A DNA stretch of 64,000 bases, taken from contig JAAOMT010000414.1 of the NCBI GenBank assembly GCA_016748015.1, forward strand, positions 283,834 through 347,833, read 5' to 3'. Numbering within the stretch: position 1 is the first letter of the stretch; every line of letters starts with the position of its first letter. The notes beneath the pieces are model-generated. The model saw only the letters and a list, made by a program, of their open reading frames with translations. It was not told where the DNA came from and searched no databases. Origin of the DNA: Geosiphon pyriformis uo1. Taxonomy: Eukaryota > Fungi > Glomeromycota. Positions 39,400 through 53,800 of the stretch are shown piece by piece. The translations under genes and the position numbers were made by a program.

Positions 39400-42300
39400 T
39401 TATCAACAATAGCAATTTTGGAAACAAAATTTTCATAGCTGTTACTATTTTCAGAAACCAGGTCATATTTTTAGAAATTGTTATAAGAAATTGGCAAACC
39501 AAAACTAAAAAAGCCAATATTTATAACAACTCAAACATTTTCAATCTGTGGAACTCCAATATTTTTCATCTTAATATTAATTACAGTATTTATCTTAACT
39601 GCTTCAGAGTTATTATCAATAATCATTAGCAATAACACAAATAACATCTTAATATCAAGTCCTATTATATAATAACTTCAAATCTTAAGCTATTGACTAC
39701 AATTAAGAATAGTGAAATCACAATAAAAACCAGATACAATTCAATAGTAAGCCATTTAAATTAGTAAATCAAAACAACATACTATCCTAAGCAGTACAAA
39801 CTAAATATTCAAATTAGACCTTATATTTTGGTTTTATAAAAACATCAAATTTTGGTAATACTACACTTTTAAAAAGAAAAAATGTAGTTGAAATTACCAA
39901 TTCTTTTTCTCTTAACTTCAATTGGACTGCTAATCTAATTTTTTTTACCACTATTACTAAAGATAATACATTAGCTACTATATTTTTATTTAATATTAAC
40001 AGTCTAAATACCACTGATTTTTTCAATAATACTGCTATTAATTAGAATAAGCCAATTATAACAATATGCACTAATACTAAAATAAAACAATAAAACATTA
40101 AATTAATATTCAACAATAAATCCACAAGCAACATAATCACAAAACAACTCATAGACCAACTAAGTTACCAAATAAATTGTGCAGCTACCATTAGAATAAT
40201 TACTACAGATAGAAATATCAAAACACTAATAGAAAATATTAACAATTTTTTTTTGAAATTAATAATATTCAAATCTCAAAAAAAGTATTTATTATGAAAG
40301 TTACTCAATACTAATCTTTAATTAAAATGATTGGCTATTTAAAGCCAATACCATATTAGACTAAAATACTTAAAAACTCCAAATCATTTTTAATAGACAA
40401 TATGCTTGAATATTTATTATGTATAAATATTTTAGAACTTAAATTTTAGATTAATTACTAATTAAATTCAAAAAAATAGTTTCACAACCAACATTGAAGA
40501 CTTATCAAGTATCTTAAACCAAAAATTTTAAGACAAAGCTATGATTATTTTTTACATAAAAAAAAAAAAAAAAAAAAAAAAACAAGATAACATCTTACTT
40601 TTAGCTATTATTTCTATATATTGGCATTATATTATTACTGAAAAAAGAAATTTAACTTATTATTGACCAAAATTAATATGTGTTAATTGTAAAAAGAAAT
40701 TGTTATTAATATGTACTTGCTATAATAATAATAAAAACTGACCAATAACTACTAAATATTACTGCCACTTATGTATTTTTGAACACTTTAGATAATCTAA
40801 ATAACAAAGAAAATAAGACAATAAATCTTGTTTTGTATATAAACAAACTCTTTTTAATGAAGAAATATGGAATAACATTTTTAAGCAAAGCAAAATATGT
40901 AACAAATTATGTTAATATACTATTTTTATCAACAACTGAGTAAGTAAAAAAATGCTTATAAATACCATATAATAAAAAAATCTTTTATGATTAGACAGTT
41001 ATCTACATAATAAAGATAAAATCTAAAAAATAGCAAATGCCAAAGTTGAAAGTATAACATTAAATAAAATTTTAGAAATAAAAAGCAATTTATCAAAGCC
41101 TATTAAGATGCATTATATTCTTAACTTTAATATTTTTGGTCTTAGTATAAGTAACTTAGAGCAATTTTATATGTATTATTAAGAGCTTTTTTCCTATTCA
41201 AGAAGAACAAAAACAAAGATTAATTGATCTTAATAGAAAGTTGTGTAATCATTATCTGATCTTTTATTACTTTTAATATTGTAATGAATGTAATCTGTTA
41301 ATTAACTTACCTCCAAAAACACTATATTTTATTCTAAAACTAACAAAATTCAAGAAAAAATATAAATTTACAGCAGAAAACATATTGTTTATAGAGCTGA
41401 GTAAAATTATCAAAATAAAACAGTATCTTGCTTATTCTGATCTTTTCAAGAAGTTGGAATTAAAATAGTATAGTAATAACAACAAAAAAATATGCATTAA
41501 AAAAGCATATATAAATAATATGAAATTCAATTTAAGATATTCCAGACAATTTTTTATAGTTATAACAACCTATTTTCTTGTAAAAATAGATCTTAAAATA
41601 GTTTTAAAAATTTTTATTAGCATTATAGTCTAAGTTGTATTCCAGTCTAGTTTTACAAAAAAAAAATTGATGTAAAAGAAAAAATTATTAATGCAGAATA
41701 TACAAAGAACATATTGTAATATTATAAACCAATTTTAATAAATTTTATATGATTAAATTACAAAAAAAAATTGTTTAAATTATCTTTCTGTCTTTTATAA
41801 AAATACCACAATTAATCACAATCACCATGTGTAAAAAATTAGGCCTTATTGCTTAAGAAATTAAAGAGTTTAGATTAAGTAGAAAAAAAAATATACCAAT
41901 TAATTTTATAAAAAATAATAGTAACAAGATAGAACTTATCTATATAACACAATCATTTTTATTTCTTTGTATTGACAGTATATTTTAAAAATAAATCAGA
42001 AAATTCAGAATCAAGTTTTATTATTTAAAGCTAATCCAAAAATCTGTTTTCTAGTCAATATTGCCAATTTATATATATTTATCAAAGTTCACAAACACTT
42101 TAAGATATCTATCTACAATCTTATTGAAAATACTATTAAAATTGTCAAAAAAACTCTTATTGGCTCTATTTTTTTAAACATTTAAAATTCTAAAAAACTC
42201 CAGTCTATTTTAGACTTTGCATAATTGTTTTTATTTTGTAATATTATCTTACAAGTATAAGATTTGTCAAAAAAAAGCTATTTGTTCATATCAAAAAAGA

Positions 42301-44577
42301 TTGCTAAACTAAATCTGAAAAATTTGAGTATACTATAGCAAATGCAACTTAAAGTTCTCTTGAACTAATATGCCAATATTTTTGTTAGCAAAAATAAATT
42401 CAGACAAACTAATATCATAAAATATTAGATTAACATAAAAAATGCCTAATCTATTAAGTAATAAGTCTACTAAGTAACCGCAATAAGCAACAATTTATTT
42501 AAACCAAAAATACAACAAATATTAAATAACAAATTGATTAAAAAATTATTAAGCTCTTAATTCTTTCTATTAATATTGGTTACCAAAAAAAATGAAAAAA
42601 TATGGTTTTGTATAAACTATCAAAAGCTTAATAGTATTATTCAAAAAAATAGCTATTCAACTTTTTTCATTTAAGAAATTCTAAATAATCTAGAAAATAA
42701 GAAATGATTTTTATTATTGAATCTAGCCAGTAAATATTGACAAGTTAAAATAAATTCCAAAAACAAAAAAAGACAACATTTACTATTTAAGATAGAAATC
42801 TTGAATTTAATGTAATGCACTTTAAACTTTGCAATGCTCCAGCTACTTTTTAATATTTTATAAATGTTATGTACAAAAAAATTCTTTAGAAATTAATTGT
42901 AGTATATTTGAACAATACCAATGTATTTTTTAAAACTTTTGATAACTATCTGTTCTACTTTCATTAAGTTTTTAATTGTCTTTGAAGTGTCAAACTAAAA
43001 CTCAACTTAAACAAATGTTTTTTTGAAAAAATTGAACTAAAATTCTTGGAACATATAATAAGCAAAAATAGAGTAAAACCAAATTTTAACAAAGTCAAAA
43101 AAATCAAAAACTTCTTAGTTTTAACCAACTTATAAGAACTAAAAAAATTTTTAAAATTGGTTAAATATTATTGCAGATTTTTAAAGACTTCTTAGATATT
43201 ACAAAACCACTCTATTATTTGCTGTCAAAACATATTCTGTACTTATAAAAAAAGATAATAAGAGACTTTCAATTATCTTAAAAAATGCCTAATAGAAGCA
43301 CTAATATTAATTTATTTAGACTTTAATTATTGTTGCTATAAATATTTTAAAGAATACACTAAGAACTATTTTGTTACAAATTAGACCAAACAATTAAGAA
43401 TATCTAATTACTTATACCAATTGCAATACTAGTACAACAGAAAAAATATATAGCACAATAGATTTAAAATGTTTTACCATTTACTGGATAGTACAAAATT
43501 AGAAACACTATCTTTGCTAATTATTTGACTTATATATAGATTACAAAAGACTTATTTAATTACTTAGCAAGCCACAATTAGAAGAAAGATATACATAATA
43601 GAGTACTTATTTACAACAATTCTCATACAAAATACATTATAAAAAAAGAGCCAAAAACACTAATGCTAACAGTTTGTCAAAAATAACACAAATTTAATTC
43701 TGGACTTATGAACACAATTACTTATTAGTAATTATATTAATATTTATTAACATTTTAATTTAAGGAGAAATTATCTTAACAAAAACAAAGTATTATATAG
43801 AAACAAATTCACAATTACTTTATTTAAAACAACTAACTATATTGTTGAGAATACTAAAACTATATTACTTCACAATAAGTTATAAAAGACAATAAAAGAG
43901 AAACTGTTTTGCATAGTATATATTTTGATCCAATTACAAAACACTTTAACAAAAATATTACTTTGAAAAAGACAATAAATTTATAGTATTGACCAACAAT
44001 ATATAAAAATATTTTTGAATATGTCATTAATTATAATTTATGCCAACAAAAAAGAGAAGCCAGAATAATAGAACTACTTTAATTTATTTTAGTTGAAAAT
44101 TTTTTTAATAGAATTAGAATCAATTTGGTTGGTTTTTTCTCAATTACATTCAAAAAAAAATTATTATATTGATGTAACTGTAGATTATCTTACCAAATAG
44201 TCTGAAGCCAGTATTATTTAAATTGTCAATACTAGAACAATAGTCAAATTTATATATCAAGATTTAATTTGCTAATATAAATGCCTAAAAAAATTGTTAT
44301 CTAACCAAAAAACTTATTTTGTTAATAGTACATTAACCAAATTAAGTCAACAATTTAAAATAAAACAACTCTTATTTTCATTTTACTATCTATAAACAAA
44401 TAGACTAGTAGAAAAATTTAACTAAACATTATATAAAACATTAATAAAAATAAGTTATAAAAATATGTAAGAATATAACTTATTTATATATTTTGTATTA
44501 TTTGCATACCAAACATTAAAAGCAAAATACTATTCAGTTTAGACTATTTAAATTAGTCTATAAAAAAAAGCCACTCT

Positions 44578-45600
44578 TAAAGTTTTAATGTTTAATCTGG
44601 TTTAGTTCAAGTTTGATTGAATTATTAAACCAAATTGAACTAAACTTGAACAGAAAATTTGGCAAAATTTTAAACTCAAACTTAAACCAGACTTAAAATT
44701 ATTGAACTTGAACCAAATTTAAATACATACAACAAGTTTGGTTCAAAGTTTATAAACATGTTTAGGTTTAACTATTAAAAATATTATATTATTTTATATT
44801 ATTATTTAATTTTTTTTTAATGGTCTCTGCATTTATAATTGAAAACACTGTGCTGTTCTTATAGTTTTAAGTACTAAGCAAGACTTCATATCTGTAATTA
44901 TATTTCTATTTGCAAAAAAGATACATTTAGAAACAACAAATAATTTTTGAATTGCCAAATAATTATAAGTTATATATATAAGACAAAGAAATTGTGTTTG
45001 ATGTATATAAATATCAAATTATTAATAAAATGTTAATTGAGATAAATATTTTTTGTAATATACTTTCTACTATGCTATTATATCTATTTTTTTATTAGCC
45101 ATTTTTTTAAAAATATAATAATCAGTTTTATTAAGTTTTTTTTCTCATTATTATCAAATCTACTTCTAATATAAATTATATGACTAATGTTATAAATATT
45201 ATTAAAATTACCATTCAATAAAAATCTGTCATTTAATGTTAGTATAATGTTTAATGTGTACTTTGTTTCAAAAAAAATATGTATTTTAAAGATTTATTTA
45301 TTATGTAAAAGTTGGAAAATAAAACTATTTGAATAAATTAATAATTTACAATTTTTTTATTTTATTAATATTATTATTTGAAAATTTTTTCTTTGTAAAA
45401 TAATAGAATTTTTTTCTTGGATCCAATACAGTACAAAACATTATAGTTGTATTTGTTTTAAAATAATATTCAACCAACTTTCTTTTTACTGTTTTAGCTG
45501 CTGTAACAAGTAATGAATCTAATATTAAATATGTTAAATAAATAACTTAATAAATACAATCAAAATTATAATGCTTTACCAGATTTATTATTATTAACTG
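44578..45600 (-). mobile_element. hAT DNA transposon relic (3' end)
   Basis: The minus strand translates to TVLDPRKK (~45405-45430) and QFLCL..YLAIQ..SKCIF..IITD.KSCL..TIR..QC (hAT C-terminal dimerisation domain, ~44830-45000). gttcaa/ttgaac subterminal repeats lie at 44590-44770. Confidence 0.65.
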
Positions 45601-45914
45601 TGTCTTTAATATAATTAAAAATAATATTGTTATGAATTAAAATAACAAACTAATGAATAGCAAAGAAGAACAAAATTGTAGAATAATAGAATTAATTAAA
45701 GAAAATTTAACTTTAAAAAGCAAATTAAATAAGTATGAATTTAATGTGTAAGATTAGTTTTATAAAATATCTCAGTTGTTATTTTTTAAAAGATAATCAG
45801 AGAATTTGAAAATAGAAAAATAGTCTGTACTGTCAACAAATAATAACACACTAGTATAATTCTATGTCTTATATTAACACTCTTAGAATTTTATATCAGA
45901 TATTAGATGTATTC

Positions 45915-48900
45915 TTTTTTTTTATATTTAATAAGTGAAGTCCAAATACGGCCTAGTATTATACATCATATTAATAATCTAAACTAAGTATAAATCATGT
46001 ATTTGCTACATGTAACCAGCCACTCAGACCAATTAAAACAACACTAAACACCCACATAAACAGAGACCATGTCCCCAATATCTAAGAAAAACAGACAAGA
46101 CTTATGAGAACTAAAACTAATACCAAATGCATTGGCAATACCCAACAATCTAACCACACTAGCTGAGAGCACCACAGAAAGACCCAAAACCGAGACAAGA
46201 ACAGAACTATCATGCAGGATCAAGCCACTCTTTTCCATAATAGCCTGGTGTTTGGCATACACCAGTCAAATATCATTCCAGAAAGCAAGACAAAACTTGT
46301 GCACAAAGGATACAATATTCTAAGCTGCAACTTTAGGGTCCTTAAAAATGGAAACAGATTCATGATACCAATTGTTGAAAACAAAGTCTTTACACAGAGC
46401 TGTATCAACAACAACATCAAAAATACAAGTAGACAACAACTGTAAAACACAAAAAGAAGAGCGAGATAAACCCGAGTATGCTTTCCAAACAGATACATGA
46501 ACTTCCATCAACTGAACATGACCAGCAGCATCAAAAGGGCAAAAAAAAACATGGTTCAAGACCTCAACATCTTTACAGAACAAACACACCACACTGGAGT
46601 AACACTTATTATAAAGTTATTTATGTACTGTAACAGAAAGACAATAATGCAATGTCTTTATAAAATATGAACAAAAGCTGGCAGTGCGTGTATTAGTAAA
46701 ACCAACAGTCAAGTGAGAATTAGAATGCCACACCAATAAAGACTTAGACCAATCAATATTAGTATACAGGCTATCTATTAAGATCTGGAAACCAGAACCA
46801 ATTTCCCAACATGTATGGTAAATAGACCAGAAAATATCATAAACAAAATGCCTAGAATTACCAAAAACTGTCATACTATTAGCTCTAAAGAAATGTTTAC
46901 TGACCATGTGAGGTAGGCACCTATCAGAGAAAACAGCAGCCTAGCAAAAGCATTAGCATGCTTATTACTGAAGACACCAGAGTGGTCTTTAACTTTAATT
47001 CAATTAACATCCAAATTTTTGTGATAAATAACATTAGCAATTGACCCAACACCAATTCCTAAAATCCAGACAAGCCAACACAGACTCCAACTTGCATGCA
47101 TCCAAAGCAGCCTGGCTGTCCAAAAACAAGTCGACAGAATGAGAAAAAGAAATACAGTTAAGAGCCAGAGCAATGGCCTGCAACTCTGTCATTGTAGAAG
47201 AGACCAAACCAAAAACTCCCACACCCAGACCCAAATCAATGTTCTCAAAAAAAGCAGCAGCACCAGCCATCATACTAGGAGTTCTCAGATCACTCAGAAA
47301 TCCATCTGTGTACACAGAAAGACAAGCAGTATTAACATATAACAAATTGGCTCTAATAACACCAAATTTACAAGACTGAAGGATATCAGAAGAGAAACAA
47401 CCATCCAAAGATAGGGAACAAGCAGAAGGAGAAGTCTCACCACTAAGAAAATGAACAAAAAGCTCAAACCAGACAGGAACAGAGCCACAAAAATCCAATC
47501 GCTTTCACTGCTTGAAGATTGTCTAATCAAAAACAGTACTATGCTTGTCACACAGCTGGTTTATGAAAGTGATTCCATAATGCTGAAGAGAAGAGACATA
47601 CTTAAAATAATTAGGCTTGCCAAGAACAAGAGACATAAAAGTACCACTTTGAAAATAAAATGCACTGGCTGGAGAGCCACCCAAAAACAAATCACATCCA
47701 GAAAAAATGCAGACCATACCAGCCAAAAAATTGTCTGAGGAGTTGATTCTAATATGAGCCAGAAATTGCAGAGGGTGGCAAGAACACCAGCTAAGAACTT
47801 GGAGATCATAAAACCTGTAAGAAAATAACTAACCCACAATACTCAATAAATTTGCAAAGGAAACAAGAGATGCCGATTTGCTTTCAGCCTGAATTTGTTT
47901 AAAAGTCTTTAAACCATACAAAAAAAGATAATAGATTGCATCAGTGGGGAAATCAAGTAAGAAACCAGATCTAGACTTTAAGCTCTTGTGAATCATAGCA
48001 TTCTATTTACTACAAACACCAACAGAAACAAAACTGAATTGAGTCCTGTAACTGACAATAAAAAAAAAACTATTGACACTAAATATGCAAATTGTTTATC
48101 TGAGATTATTTTTCTTAAAACAAGATTGACAAAAAACCAAATATTTGAATATGCCTTAGCCAAACTAGGTTTCAACAGACTCTTAGAAAACAAAAAAATA
48201 CCCAAATAACAATAAGGTTTCTCCTTCTTGGCAACAAAAATAGGTGAGCTACTGACAGTCAGATAGAAATTTGAAATCTGGCAGTTGATGAAGATGGCCA
48301 TAGTTTTGTCATTATTTATAGAAATGCCATTAAACCTAAAGAATTCACTAACAATATTGAGGATGTATTATATAGCAGTCTGGCTACTACTAACCCAAAT
48401 TGTATTATTAACAAAAGCACCAGTAGCAAAAAATGATGTCAATCTAGCCTGAGATTTCACCTGACCAGACTTGGAAACAAAATAAGAATTCAATCTGTAA
48501 CTACACACATCCTTCTGTCTTTTGACCTTACATAGAAGTAAATCATAAAATATGCACCAAAGAAGAGGTGAAAAAACTTCTCTTTGGTTCAACTTATCAT
48601 GAACATAATACCCATCAGTCAAGCCAAAGTCTGTTATTATTTTGTTAATGCAAATATTGTAAATACTACCAAAAAATATAAAGAATTTGTTACACATTTT
48701 GATTCTAACCAAACTTCTCTTAAGATGTTTCCAACCAACAGAGTTATAGGTCTTACACATGTCCTGCAAAACCAGCCACAATTCTCAGTTCTTTTCCAAG
48801 ATGTTTTTGACCACTGAGCCAATGGCAAAAATGGGCAATTGCATTGTTGTACCTTTCAAAACAGAGAAATTGTCCCTATGTAAAACATTATAAGTGCTGC

Positions 48901-50815
48901 AAGCTGAAGAAATTCTATTCAAAAAAATCTTGGAAAAGATTTTGTAAGCTGTTTTGATCAAAACAATAGGACAGGTATTTGTAAGAACATCTTTTCATTC
49001 ATATGGCTTAGGAATCATTGAAACCCAAGCTTCTTTCCAAGGCTCAAGTACTAATTTACAAGTCAAACACAGATTCAAGAGCACTAAAAGCATATCCAAG
49101 ACTGAATTGTCACAATGTTTTTACAATTCATTAGAGATACCAGAAAGACTGGCTGCTTTCCCATTAGGCAGATTTGAGACCACAGCAAACAATTCATCAG
49201 AACCAATTAGACACATTACATCGAAAAATGCACCATCAAAAACATAATCCAAAGGCTGATATTGGTGAGTCTAATTATCAGAGATATCAGACACCATCCT
49301 ATGTTTCCTAGTCCAACTTTTCATAATCTCATATATCTTAAACTTAACCAAATTAGGCTCCAAGATCAATTCATTACCTACAACTAAATGATCCAACACC
49401 ACCTTGCAAAAAAAACACTCCAATACACTTCTGATGGTATGACCCTTATTTAATTCAAAACTTTCTATTTTACTAATAATGGTCTGCCTGATGTGAGATT
49501 CTTTAGTGTGCTTGAATTCCAGCAACTTGGAAGAATAGTAAGATTTTCTCATCTTTGCAAGCCCAGAACAAATAACATCAAAAGTAGAACTTGAAAAAAA
49601 AAAAGATCTCATTTCTGCCACATCATTAAAGTCAAGTTTGTCCCATGTACCCAGCAACAAAGCAAAATCCTCACTTGAAGCCAAATGAAAAGCTTTCACC
49701 AGCCTGAACACCAGCAACTTCAGCTTATGAAACATAGAAAATACTTTGCTAAAAACACTGTCATAATCTTTAAACTATTTTCTTTTGAATATCCCATTGG
49801 CTGAAAAAACCATGACCCTATGAACAATGTTCCATATTGCATTCAGATCTGAAGATTTCTCAGCTGCCAGTAACCACACCTAAACTCTCACTCATCACTA
49901 TATTCGCCTCCTGATTCTGTAATGAAAAAGTCACCAACGGCTAATGTCTAGAGCTAAGCTGAGAAACTGTTGGCCCAGATGTATCTAACCTCTTAGCCAG
50001 CTTATCAACATGCTCTGTGAGGCTGGTGAGACTGCATTTAAGAGTGACAAACCTATTATTCAATTCCAAAGACACCAGCAGAGTAGACTTTATCTCTGAA
50101 GAAGAGCTAGCATTCAACAAAACATTCCAAATGGAAGGAGAAAAGAAAAAGAACCCACCAACAATTTGTGCCCATAAGACACCACTGAAAGAAACAGAAT
50201 GAGCAACTGGAGCTGAACATTTAGCATAAATGGCAGCCAGCCTGCTTTTATCAGAATTTGAAAGAGTTTTCTGTGCTAAAACACCAAAAAAAACATCTTT
50301 TTTCCCATCAACAGAACAAGCCAAAAATGTATGGCCTAATTTCTCACACCTAGCACACTTAGCTGAAACAAAATGAGACCAACACAAATTGACTTCTCTC
50401 AGAACAGACATGGTCTTTACAATAGCATCTAATAACTTAGCAAAATCAAAACAAACAGCAACACACCTGGCCTAGATATAAGAAACTGAGTAATGGTCAA
50501 TAACACAAGTTTTTTCACCTACTGAAGCAATGTAATTTTAAATATCATGTGTATTGGTCTCCATTGGCAGTCATTTTTTGCATCCCATGATTCTTTGTTC
50601 ACATCAGATCTAACAATGCACACTACATCTTTTCCAATTAGGATAAACCATTTTGCTGCAACCAAATCAGCATGATCAATCTGTTCAAATTCAACCACTG
50701 CTTTTTGTCATAGCCCTATCAATTGCATCTTGATCGACTTAATTATTCTAAATTCGGATAGCACAGCACATACAGCCTTAGTTGATATACCAATTGGAAT
50801 TTTTTTCAACACCAG
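45915..50815 (-). mobile_element. LINE copy F (A-like ORF1); APE domain deleted at ~49865, 5' end lost
   Basis: Poly(T) at 45915-45923, 3' UTR, Zn finger (CLFC..H..FC), RNase H (VYTDG, ELQAI, DSQ), RT (AFVNN) and an ORF1 piece with CARCEKLGHTFLAC. Confidence 0.88.
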
Positions 50816-50819
50816 TTTT

Positions 50820-53800
50820 TTTTGGTTTAATAACAGCATATGTTCTATTATTATCAGTTATAATGATTTGTTTTCTAATAATTAAAGTAGCATTTAGATA
50901 ATTTTTGATTCAATACTTATAAAAAATATAAAAAATGTTTTGAATGTTTTAATTTAAGAAATAGTTATTTATGTTAATTAAAGATACTTCTGTTTTGGAA
51001 GTAGTGCATTTATTTATATTTAATTTTTACTAATTATTTGGATCAGTATTACTACAACAAGTAACCAATTAGGTCATTTGTAATATTTCTTAAGTTATGT
51101 ACTGTAAACAGGATAATTATTGAAAATTGTTCTATATTGATCTTGTAGAATATATGAACTATTGTTCAAAACTTTGTTAACTAAAAAAAATTCTTTCCAT
51201 TAGTTAAAAAATTTATTACTATAGACATTGTCTTTGTTTAAATAATATTCTAAAACTAAGTTATTAATACTTAAAAAAAATGTTTTATAGATTTTTTTCT
51301 TCTTAAGCTTTTCTTGAAACTGCTTTATTTTCTTAAAAACAATTATTTATGTTTCTATTAAAGAGTCAAAAATAGTATCAAGTTTTTTTTGCAAAATGTT
51401 TTTGTAATCTCTTATTGTTATTTTTTCAAAGAGTATTGTTTCAATATCAGTTTTTATTGGTAAAATTGCCATTTGTCTATAGAGTAAATAAAAAAGTTCA
51501 TAACTTGTTATGTTATAATTTACAGTTCTATAAATAAATAAAGTTAAAGGCAGTATTTTGTCTTATAAGTTTGTTTTTTTACTGGTTTTGGCTAAGATTT
51601 TACATAGAGTTTTATTGAAATATTTTACTAAGCCATTTGTTTGAAAGTGATAAAAAAAAATTTGTAATATATTTCCATTTTTTTACAAAGTTTTTCAATT
51701 AATGTACTAAGAAAACCTTTTTTTCTGTTAGAAAAAAAATTTTTAGAGCAGTCATAGTGATAAATTATATTTTTATAAATGAAATTGGCAATAGTAACTG
51801 CTGTTTGATCAAAAGTAATTATTGCTTCTACTTACTTTATAAGATAGATAGTAGCTGTGATAATATATTTGTTGCTATTAAAAATTATTGTTAAAAATTC
51901 AATAACATCTATACCAATTTTGTTAAATAGTTAATCAACAGAAATTAGATAAATATCTTTTTTGTAATTGGAAAGTTTTTTTTTTGGCAAGTATTACAAG
52001 TTTTAATATACTTAGCAATATTTTTTTCTAAGGTAAGCCAATAATAATGAGTTAAAATTTTCTGAATTGTTTTTGTTTTTCCAAAATATTTAGCTAATAA
52101 ATCAATATACATGTTATAAATTACAATTTTTTTTTCTTTAAATTTGATAACTTTTTAAAAACAGTCAGAATTTTTTCTATTTTTTTTGTAAAGTTGATTC
52201 TGGTAAATCAAATAAAAATTTGATTGTTTGTGTAAATGTTTTTTTGCTGTTGAATGTAATCTAGTGGGTATTGTTTTTTACCCAAAAATTTTATTAATGT
52301 AAAGTAGTTGTCCAAATCCATTATTGTGTTTGTTTAAAAGAGAGTTACTAATAATTAAGTTGGTTTGGTTTAAAAAGATTGTATTATCACTGGATGATAA
52401 ATCGAAAGAGAATATTAGTGTTTTAATAATTAGTTTTTTTACAATGTTGAATATTATAATTAAATTTGTCCAAGTGAAATATCCAGTAAATTATTCATTT
52501 GTGTTCCAGTTTTTTTTTGTTGTACAGCCAAATCAAAGCTTAATAATCTGTTATCACTAAAAATTTTACACCAAAAAAATATTTATTCCAATAACTAGTA
52601 GTTCAAACTACTGCTAAGTATTTTTACTAAGTAATTAAATTGTTCTATTCTACTGATAAAAGTGTTTTATTGACATATGCTATTATATGTTCTTTGTTAT
52701 CTTTATTTTTTTGTAAGAAGATAGTATTAAGTCTATAATCAGATGTATTAATATAAAAAATAAAAAATTGATCCAGGTCAAATTACATAAGAATAGGTTC
52801 TGTAACCAATTTTTTCTTTAAAGTTTCAAATGTTTTTTGTTGATATATACTCCAGTAATAATTTACATTTTTCCTAAGTAGTTAATTAAAAAAAAAGGCA
52901 ATTTTGGAGAAATTCTTAACAAATTTGTGATAATAAAAAACCAAACCAAGAAAAGAGGATAGTTTATAAATATTTATTGGTTGTTTAATATTCTGGACTT
53001 TTTTAATCTTGGCTGAATCAAAAAAGATTCTATCTTTTGTAATAAGATAACCAAAAAACTGTGTAAATTATTATTTAAAAAAAGACTTGATTAAATTAAT
53101 CTTAAGGCCAGCATTTTTGAGAAGATCAAAAATCTTTTGCAAGTATTTAAGATATTTATTCCAGATTTTTAAGTATACTATTATATTGTTCAAATAAACT
53201 AGAACAAAGTTTTTTTTTACTGATTTGAATACTTTGTTTATTAAATATTAAAAAGTAAAAGAAGTATTAGTAAGACCAAAAAACATAATTATAAATTCAT
53301 AAGTGTTATACTTGGTAATAAAGACAGTTTTTTTTTGATTTTCTAGATCTATTTCTATTTGTTAGAATCTAACAGTTAAATTAATGATTAAAAAAAAAGC
53401 AGTACTATTGAATTGGTTTAGCATTGTATCAATCTTGGGAAGTAGATACATGTTTTTTTTAGTAATAATATTTAATTATTAGTAATTAACACAAAAACAT
53501 AAAGTTCTACCTTTTTTGAATACCACTATAACTGAAAATACCTATTTATTCTTAATTTTTTGTATAAATTTAAAGTTTTTTATTCAGTTTATTTCTTTCT
53601 TGATGAATTTATTATTGTGACAATTAGATTAATAAGGCTTTAAATAGATAGAATGAGTTTTTCTGGTAATAATAGTATATTGTATCACATAAATATGTTT
53701 AAAAATATTACTTTTTTTAAAATAATTAAGTTGTTTCTAGCCAGTAGAGTTTTAATGTCAATTTTTTTTCTTCAAAAAAAGATTTTCTTTGTTCTACTAT

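Larger units (their letters stand above)
29700..44577 (+). mobile_element. Old, heavily decayed Ty3/gypsy host copy (gag / PR / Cys-rich / dUTPase / RT / RH / INT), interrupted by 31658..39399
   Basis: gag core at ~31000-31600 is homologous to 33450-34030. PR ~40040-40400, Cys-rich ~40670-41290, dUTPase ~41480-41880, RT ~42400-43150, RH to 43697, INT 43708..~44577. No LTR recognised; the left boundary is uncertain. Confidence 0.7.

Noticed and set aside
45650-45900. Short coiled-coil-like plus-strand reading (MNSKEEQNCRIIELIKENL..)
   Set aside because: Too short and decayed to support any call.
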